A stretch of DNA of 64,000 bases from Azolla caroliniana. Its lineage: Eukaryota > Plantae > Polypodiophyta. Positions 55,789 to 64,000 of this stretch are shown here, in pieces; positions within the stretch are counted from its first letter, which is position 1; every line of letters starts with the position of its first letter. The stretch lies in contig JBHGNT010000015.1 in assembly GCA_043228905.1 (NCBI GenBank), positions 1,302,001 through 1,366,000 of the forward strand, written 5' to 3'. The position numbers were made by a program, and so were the translations under genes. The notes beneath the pieces were generated by a model, which saw nothing but the letters and a program-made list of their open reading frames with translations, was not told the origin of the DNA and ran no database searches.

Positions 55789-58700
55789 TCATTTCCATCC
55801 AAGTCTCACGAAGAGAAGCGGGAGGTCAAGGGGTTTCGATGTGGATGTGGCCCGTGGTCCCAATGTAAAAGGTACCCCAACCATAGCTTCTAGTCGATGT
55901 AGCTCACATTCGCTTTTCTTCTTAATCTTTTCTACTCCGTGTCGACTTGTTTTGAAGCCCAACATCCGAGGGTGTTTGGTTGTTCTTTGCATTTTGGCTT
56001 CCTCAAGAGAGAGGCCGAGCGGCGTAAGTGTGTCCACATTCATCGTCTCCCCTTGTTCTTGAAAAATTACACTAGTTACAAGTTGATGAATAGTAAATGA
56101 GTTATGGTTAACACTTTGTAATTTATTCTCCCTATGTTGTTTTAGCTCTAAGATATACCTACCTAGTCTCTTTACATCCGGGGTATCTAATAGTTTGGAG
56201 AGGGTGGGAGAGGGTCGTAATATGTCTTGGTATTCAACCCGTATCTCGGCATAAGTTGGGCACTTGCATGTGAAGTGATACTCATCCTCTATCTCTATGT
56301 GGCACAACCTACATAGCTTTTCCTCTCTAGGGACTCTATTAGCCCGACCATTCTCAATCTCAAGTTGGTGAGATGATATCCTAAGTTGTCCAATGGCCAC
56401 CTTTAGTGCATTCGATAAGAATATATCTAGATATCTTGGTCGTGTAATAAAACCTAACTGAAAGAACTGCAAGAATTGTTCCTTATAGTACAACATTTTA
56501 GATGGGAGTGGCTCTCGTGGGGTGATCCATTTATATCAAGTGTAAATTTGCCATATTTCTTGGCGTATCACTTTATTACGGTCTTCATGAGATATTAGAG
56601 TTTGATTAGTCCCATGGTTGTACTTAAGGGGAGGTAGGTTATTAATGTATATGCCGTTTGCAAGTAACCAACTCACCACAGTGCTATACCAAGAGCTAGT
56701 GTCTCTAGATGCATGTCGGGATCGGGATGCCTCAAAGGCTCAACAGGATATCCTATCTTGTGGTTGGCTATGTATGCAATGAATAAAAACTACCACTTGA
56801 AAAAGTGCTTCTACTAACATCGGGGGCAGACTGAACTCTGCTCTAATAATGTCATGTGGTACTGTCAATTTGCTTCGGAGTTGACATGATAACATCATCA
56901 CCAAAGGTCTCTCTAATTGCGTCCACATGAAAGATGGTAGACCTGGAGCCCATACTATTGATACATACATGAGGGAAGGGGTCACTAATGAGTTGAAGAG
57001 TCATCCCTTAGTCCGAGGCTCTTGAAAGTATGCCTAGTGGCATTGTCTCTCTAAGAGTGAGACGGATGCATACCCTCTTGTTAGCCTATCTTTGGCTGCT
57101 TGGGTCATCGAGAATTTACCTGAATGAGCACTAAAAGTGACTCCCAAGTATACATATGATCCAACTACCTCAACTAGTTTATGAGTCTCAAAGAGGATTA
57201 GGTGACATTTACTCCTAACTCGGGACAATGAATGAAAGATAAGAACTTTAGTTTTCGCTAGATTCACTACCAATCCTCGTTGTGTACAAAAGTCATCTAG
57301 GGCATTAAGATGCTTTTGTAGGTCATGTTCTGACTCTGAGAGCAAGACAATGTTGTCTGCGTAGAGTAAGAGACTAACTTGCGTATCCCCAATAGCTACT
57401 CCCTTGCCTCCCTTACGAGCAATAAAATCAGTGGTCTCATCAATGTAGATCCCAAAAAGAGTCGGTGATAGGGGGCAACCTTGTTTTACACCAATGGTGC
57501 TAGTGAAACAATCGGATAGGCCACCTGGGAATCTTACACATTAGAGACTTGCTCATATAGGGCATAAATGGCCCAGATCATGTCATTTGGTATCTCCAAG
57601 CTCTTAAGTCTATCAAACAACTTCTCCCTAGGAATTGTGTCAAAGGCTCCACAAAGCAATAGTATAGTTTCTTCTTACGAGCCTTCGTCTGGTCAATTAA
57701 GCACCTAAGTGTGAAGATATGGTCAATAGTGGAGAAGGCTCATCTAAAGCCAGCCTACTTAGGTGCTTGAAAACTTAATGTTTCCATATAATCACTGAGC
57801 TCCGCTTCCATTACCGCACCATATAGTTTAGCGAGTGTATGAACTATCATAATGGTCCTATATGTATTTGGGTCCATTGGGTTCCCTCTTTTATGTATAG
57901 GGGCCACTGTGTTCACGGTCCATTGTGGTGGAAAACCCTCGGCGAGGGCGCGGTTGAAGATTAGAGTGAGAAATGGGGCTAGGCACTCTCGAGCATATAT
58001 GATGTGCTCGGCTCACAATCCTGTGTGGTCCATGGATTTCCTATGTTGTAATTTTTTTATGACTTTCGTGACCCTAGAGGTTGTGAAAAGTGTCCCCATG
58101 GTAGGTCGAAGTGTGGAAGGCATTGGAATGGATGGTTGGTTCGGGACATGGTAGAGTCTCTCGATATATGTGTGCCAAATATTGGGATCCTCGATGGGTG
58201 TTTGTGGTCGTGGTTCCTGTAGTCTCTCCCATGCAAGGGTACAATCCCTACTCATGAGCATATGGTAGAGTTCCCAATGTTGAGATGCTTCCCAAGCTCG
58301 TCTTTTACGATGTGTCATCTTGCACATCTCTTTGAGAGCCTGTACAGAGGAAATAGTACCACTAAGTTGCGACACTTTAAGTTGTCTATACAACTCTCTA
58401 CAATCCTCGTCATACCACTTGTTCTATGGCATAGACCCTATTCTACTATGATTAGAGTGTTTCGTGTATGGGAAGTTACTAATTGTTGCTAAGTGAAGGA
58501 TGTGTGTGAGTTCTATAGTGAGGTTGTCTTAAGGCAAGGAAGAATCAAAAGAGGAGAGATGGGCTTGAACATGTCAGGAGTAGATGTCAGCGAGCTCATG
58601 CATGAAATGTATTATGGTGTGATGGTTTGGTTGACTAGAGTTGGTGGCGTGGGAGGTGTCACATTTTAGCTCAAAGTATACGAAGCTATGGTCTACAACA

Positions 58701-61130
58701 ATGGGGCATGGGGCCACCCGGAAGGAGTTAACCATGTGGGTAGCTTCAGGGCGTCCTATTAGGTAATCACCTTGAGAGGAAAAATAAACCGGTCTATTAC
58801 TGATCTTGAGCGTGTTTTAATCAAGGACAGTGTCTTCCAACACTTGTATCGACAAGACCGTGGTTCGTGATAGAATGGTACATGCAAAGGCAAGAGTTAT
58901 GTGAGAGTGGTAGATTCCAGCAATGTGCAAATTGTAAGGATCAAAGGTCAACACTTAAAGAAACCAAGAGGATATTACATATGTGACTAGCAACAATACA
59001 ATGCATATTGTGGATGAGATCCGATATTGGTTTCAAAAATTGAGCATGAACACTTCCACTACATGGTACAATGTCTTGCTCCAATGCTCTTATTGGTTAT
59101 GTCTAAGTCTAAAGGGTCGACATTCACCATTTCTAGGTTTCTATCCATCTGAAATATTGTGCATTGTCGAGATTGGGTTATCGCATTGAAATCTCCTACA
59201 AGGAAGACTTCCCCTTGAGAAGAATATCATATTATGTCATCTGATAAAGGTTCATATGGAGAAGTCCCATGTGGCGTTCCTTCATCAATTATACTCGCCT
59301 CTCCAGCCATATTATACCGAGACCCTTTAGGGGGGAAGTAACAAACGGCGATAAATATCGCCTAATCCTTGCTAGTGAGGACTTTCACCCACATAAAATG
59401 GGCTTCTGGGTCTTTCTTTAGTATTTCTATCCTATTATGTATCTCTCTTCGAAATAGTATCGCAACCCCTCCAAACCCTCTAGTGGTATGTCGACGTGAG
59501 GTTTGTCTAAAAACATATTCCCAACGAAAACCGTCAACTTGTGGCAGTCCTCGATTTGGACTCTGATATGTTTCTACTAAAAAACATATGTTAGATACCT
59601 TTAAAATCTCCTCTAGACGGCCATGGTGTGTCCAAAGTGCACCGTTACAGCTCCATAAAGTCATCCTAAGTTTATTGTCTATCACATGGGCCACACGCCT
59701 TCAATTGGCGGCGCGATCATTTATTATCACACGTCCATCTCGGTAAAAGCACGATGCCCCTCTTTACGAGCTTGTATGACTCGCAACATAAAAATTTTAC
59801 CATGCTCAATTTGCATCTTGGTCAGGTCTTCATCAAGGTAGATAGGGTCCTCGCCCAATCCTCGAAGAATTTGTCTCTTTTTAAAAAATGCGATTCTAGA
59901 TTCTGAGTCCTTAAACTGAAGGACCAAAGCTCTTTTCCTATTGGTGTCATGTCCTACCCTCCAAGTTTTAGTGATTGCTAGGGCTTCGTACCCCAACATT
60001 TTCCCTAATGTTTGTGACGAGAATCGTGACCGGCCACAACCGGCTTATCGTTCGGATGTTCGGGTGCAGGGAACATAAAGTAGAATGCACTCAGACAGAG
60101 TACAAAAACAGAAATAGCACAAGAGACAGAAACACACAATCTTAACGTGGAAACCCGAAATGGGAAAACCACGAGGGTCCACAAACCCCGAGAAATAGAA
60201 TCACTATGCTAAAAAAGAGGAGTACAACTAGAAGCTCTGAGGCAACGACCTCGAGACTCTACTTCGTCAACAGATGGCTACACAGTTACACACTCTCTCA
60301 CTCTCACTCAGTTACTGTTACGCAGTTACAAAGGCAACGACCTTCTAAGTAACTTTTAACAATCGACTCGTCATCACATTATGATTGCCATAAGTACTTA
60401 TACTAGTACACCTTTTGGGTTATTCACAAGTGTAGCCCATAAGGGCATATTTAGACTATTTACAAGTATGGTCTTTCGAGTTGGCTGTCTACACGATTTC
60501 GGTTTCGGCCGAGGCCGATATTCTCATCAACTCGGCTCTTCTCTTCCCATCTAGAGGGACCCATTTCCTAATAGTTTGTGCATCTCCTTCTAGAGATGCC
60601 CCTTCCTTGAGCCTAGTAACTCGTACATTTAGACATCGAGCTTGACGCATTTTTTCCTCAAGGGTAGTGTTTACAATATTTTCATCCTTTAGTTCCTTTT
60701 TAATATTACGTTTTACTACATCAACCCACCCAGTTTTGCTAATTCCATAACGCTTTTAACCTCTTCCTCAACCTTTTTTATCTCGTCCTTAATATCCGCT
60801 AGAGAAGATATTTCACCATCTTCCCTAGATGTCTCAAGGTCCTTGACTTATTTCTGAAGGTTCGCGTTGTCTACTTTAAGTTTCGTTATTTCAGCAATAA
60901 GCGCTTCTTTTTCTTCCTTATCTTTTTGTTTTTTTGCTTCAATCTCTTTCACCCATTTTCGATTTTGTTGATCGCGAGCTCGTGGATTTTAGGAGGGGAT
61001 TGATGGGTGCATTAAATCCCTTTTCTCACTTTCACACACACCATACCCACTACTTATTACCCCCCCACTTTCATGCACTCCCGTTTTACTACGTGTGCAT
61101 GTGCACTTAAGTGCACATCACACTTACAAT
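55789..61130 (-). mobile_element. Decayed near full-length LINE (ORF1 plus APE-RT ORF2 with C-terminal CCHC; RTE-X-like by inference)
   Basis: ORF1 remnants about 60990-59727 (coiled coil, RALVLQF...IYLDEDLT); APE WSCNG, LVET, GGVAIL, GDFNA, DYL, DH; RT GVKQGCPLSPTLFG, LYADN, YVYLG; LRISSHQLEIENGR...CRLC...EDEYH...CP. Confidence 0.9.
60015..60573 (-). mobile_element. Solo LTR (Copia, related to the B/F LTRs) inserted in LINE ORF1
   Basis: 5-bp TSD GTTTG at 60010-60014 and 60574-60578; TG...TA ends; shares CGTGGAAA..AAATGGGA..AACCACG and CCCA..GAGGGAC motifs with the B and F LTRs; no internal domain. Confidence 0.88.
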
Positions 61131-61220
61131 CCACAAACCTTTTTGTGCACTTTAGCACCTTACATTTACCCTTTTCTCTTACCTTATTCTTTTCATTTAT
61201 ATTTTGTTAAGAATTAAGTA

Positions 61221-61457
61221 AGTAATTAAGAGTTAATTAGTACCTAATTATGGGATTAAGTTAAGCGTGGAAGATTATGTGATATGTGTGTGTATGTGTG
61301 TGAGAGGTCGAGAGAGAGAGGAAGTTAACACTTATGAACAACACAAGATGGGGGATGAGTAACTATATCAAATTAGCATTATCATTATCAAATACAAAAA
61401 TACCCACAATGAGGTATATATAGAACTCATGTGCAATGGTGCACATGTGTGAGTAGA
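61221..61457. repeat. Dispersed repeat copy 2
   Basis: Direct repeat of 21281-21565 with a shorter microsatellite. Confidence 0.85.
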
Positions 61458-61539
61458 GGTACAAGGATATAAACCTTGCACATCCCTGATTTGTCCGTTC
61501 CACGAGATTTTCTCGCCGTTGCCAAAAATCTTCACGACA

Positions 61540-62029
61540 CTGTATTATTCAAAATGTGGCAACTAACATCATCATGAACTAAGTTACAAAGTCTGTTATA
61601 TAATAACTGAGCTAGGTTAACTATCCTTTGGTACTGTCCTTTGGTATAATTACAGAAATATCCTAAACCTAGTATGTCTGAGTGGGACAGTGTGAATACG
61701 GCCATTAAACACACATATTCAACATTAGGTTCTTCAATTTTCAATTCCCATGGGCTCCTCACAGTTAATTAGCCTAGAATAATGGTCGGCAAGGACATTA
61801 TCACACCCTTTCTATACATTGACGAAAAGTCAAATTCTAGGAGCGTCACTATCCATTGCAATATAATTGAGTGTGTTTTGTTGACCAAATATTATATGGT
61901 TTGGTCATCCAAGAAAAAGTAGATGTGACAAGTAAGCAAGTATTATCCAAATTTGTTGAGCCTAATTTGCCAATGCTTCCCACTCTAGTGGGGAATAATT
62001 TCATTTGGTTGGGTTGAGTTGGCACTGTA
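61540..62029 (-). pseudogene. Decayed Gypsy RNase H remnant
   Basis: YSPLEWEAL...FFLDDQTIIYLVNK...QWIVTLLEFDF resembles the Gypsy YSxxERE...DHxxLxYL...RWxxxLxEFDF pattern. Confidence 0.6.
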
Positions 62030-64000
62030 CAATGTTACCTTTTGACGGCCGTTTTGACCATTTTTGGCAAATTTAACCGTATATGAAGGTTAATTTAAAA
62101 ATGAAACCGTCAATCTTGATGGGCATATATTTTATAAAAACGTAAAAATGAAGGTTTAAATTTTGTTAATACCGTCAAATTTTGCTAAGTCCAAAACAAT
62201 TGTACATGTATTAGTAGTTACAAATTACAATTCATAGGCTATGGCATATAGTATAGGCTATCACTACATACCAAGATTTATGTGATTTGGGTGTGCTACT
62301 AGAGGTGACTAATATGCCTAAGCAACATGATTATATATCTTATACTTGTAGATATGGAGGATATGAATTTTTGGTTGCCTTTGGGAAATATCTTCTAGAT
62401 ATTCAAAGCTCAAACCTAGTAAATTCCCCATCTACTCTTTGATGCTAGATGAAAGTATTGACAATGGATTAGAGTTGCACCTCATTGTGTATATTACATA
62501 CTTGCAATGTGGTGGTTGTGGGCCTAAGGAAATTGAATATATGGGTTTGTTGAAAATTCCCAATAGTAAAGGTAGAACTATATATGAACATATATTAAGC
62601 ATATTAGGCGATCAATGCCTCAACATGAACAAGTTGATTAGATTAGCCATTGATGGTCTGTCATCAATGATTGGTAGGGAAATTGGAACAGTAACATTAA
62701 TGAAAAATGATATCCCAAATTTAGTTGGTGTACATTGTATTGCTCATAGAGAAGCATTGGTTATTTTAGATGTATCTAGAGATATCCATGAGCTCATTCT
62801 TGTAGAAAAAATTGCAAATAAGGTATATGCATAAGCTAACAATAGTAGCAAACACATGAAATTTTAGAGCTCTTGGAGCAAATGCAATTGGATGCTCATA
62901 GACCCCTACAAATTCATAATATTCGTTGGTTGTCATGTGGTCAAGTCATGGAAAGACTAGTAAGTATAATGCTTGCAATACTTACTATTTGGAAGAAAGA
63001 GAACTTAAAAGAGTGGTATAATAAAGCTTGTATCTATAGTGTACAATTTTGCTTTTGTATAATGGCTAATGTGTTGCTTTTGATGAATATTTTGAGCTTG
63101 AAACTTCAAAAAGAGAATTTGGATGTAACTTCAATTGGTGCAAAAATTGATATTACTATTTCTAATTTGCGGCACATTTGCAGATGGAGCAATGTATTTA
63201 TCCAAATTCTTAAGATGTTCTAAAGTTGGGTTTTTGGAAATAGAGGATAAAGATAGCATTACATATAGACATGAACTATACTTCAAACAAATTCCCATGG
63301 ATAAAGCAAGTCACAATGATAAGAATCTCAATATTGAAAAATCTAAGGGAATGATGCCATTTATAGATGGATCACTTGAAAGTTGTATTAAACTATATCT
63401 CAAAATTATGTGCAAAAGATTATTGATGGACTAAATGCAAGGTTCAATGATTTAAGCTTAAGCCTCTTCAATGCAGCAAAATTATTTAGCCCATGCCATT
63501 ATGTAGAGGATGATGTGATTTGGGATAGTAAAGCAAAGACATGGTTGGAATTTTGATTTCTCACTTACAACCAAATGTTGATGTCAATGCATGTCTTCAA
63601 TTTTTACATGATGCAAAGGCTTGTGAAATAGAACTCTATAGGTTTGTTGACACTTTACGTTTAAATTGTGAAGGCTACACTATGCGTGAAGCTTGGCGTA
63701 TGTTTTGCAAAATGAATGATTGGCAAGATAGTTTCCCTCATTTGATGAAATTATGGCACGCTACTTTGGTTATTCCATCTAGCACAGTTTCATGTGAGAG
63801 AGGGTTCTCTAAGCAAAATCTCATCAAAGAGATGAAAAGAAATTGATTGAACATACAACATTTAGATGATTTAATGTGAATCTTATTGAATGGGCCACAC
63901 ATTGAAGAAATACAATGGGATCGTGTATATGAAATTTGAAAAAAAGCAAAGGATAGAAGGGTATAATATATTGTTTAGTACGAATATTCAATTTATTTAC
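62030..64000 (+). mobile_element. hAT DNA transposon, decayed, running off the window
   Basis: Candidate left TIR CAATGTTACC at 62030; clustered TTTGACGG/CCGTCAA subterminal motifs at 62040-62180; transposase remnant downstream. Confidence 0.7.
62330..63965 (+). pseudogene. hAT transposase pseudogene (ZNF862-like)
   Basis: LMLDESID (D1), LAIDGLSSMIG (D2), VHCIAH (CxxH), IRWLS, and dimerization domain FPHLMKL...IPSSTVSCERGFS (E); stops and frameshifts. Confidence 0.9.

Noticed and set aside
62330-63965. Domesticated ZNF862/ZBED-like host gene
   Set aside because: Multiple stops and frameshifts, and transposon-like subterminal repeats upstream

Overview
Gene-free eukaryotic heterochromatin-like window made almost entirely of nested transposable elements. 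The tRNA-iMet and tRNA-Trp primer sites and the Copia/Gypsy/LINE/hAT mix fit a plant; a fern or other seed-free plant is my inference. Letters are my labels. (1) A GC-rich, non-chromovirus Ty3/Gypsy family primed by tRNA-Trp is present as an apparently intact, very young autonomous copy (A, <1-6965), a decayed autonomous copy (D, 32410-39358), a Gag-only non-autonomous partner (E, 32390-44362) and a second Gag-only remnant (54552-55466). The family shows a Gag-protease ORF joined to RT-RH-IN by a predicted -1 frameshift (GGAUUUU plus pseudoknot), a non-canonical DHG protease motif, 4-bp TSDs and a covarying hairpin next to the PPT. (2) At least seven Ty1/Copia elements or fragments, most with a tRNA-iMet PBS, plus a Copia solo LTR. 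(3) A second, older Gypsy type. (4) A near full-length decayed LINE. (5) A hAT-type MITE with an 8-bp TSD and a decayed hAT transposase at the right edge. One stack is up to six insertions deep. No host gene, rRNA, true tRNA gene or CRISPR array is supported. All comparisons were made by eye.
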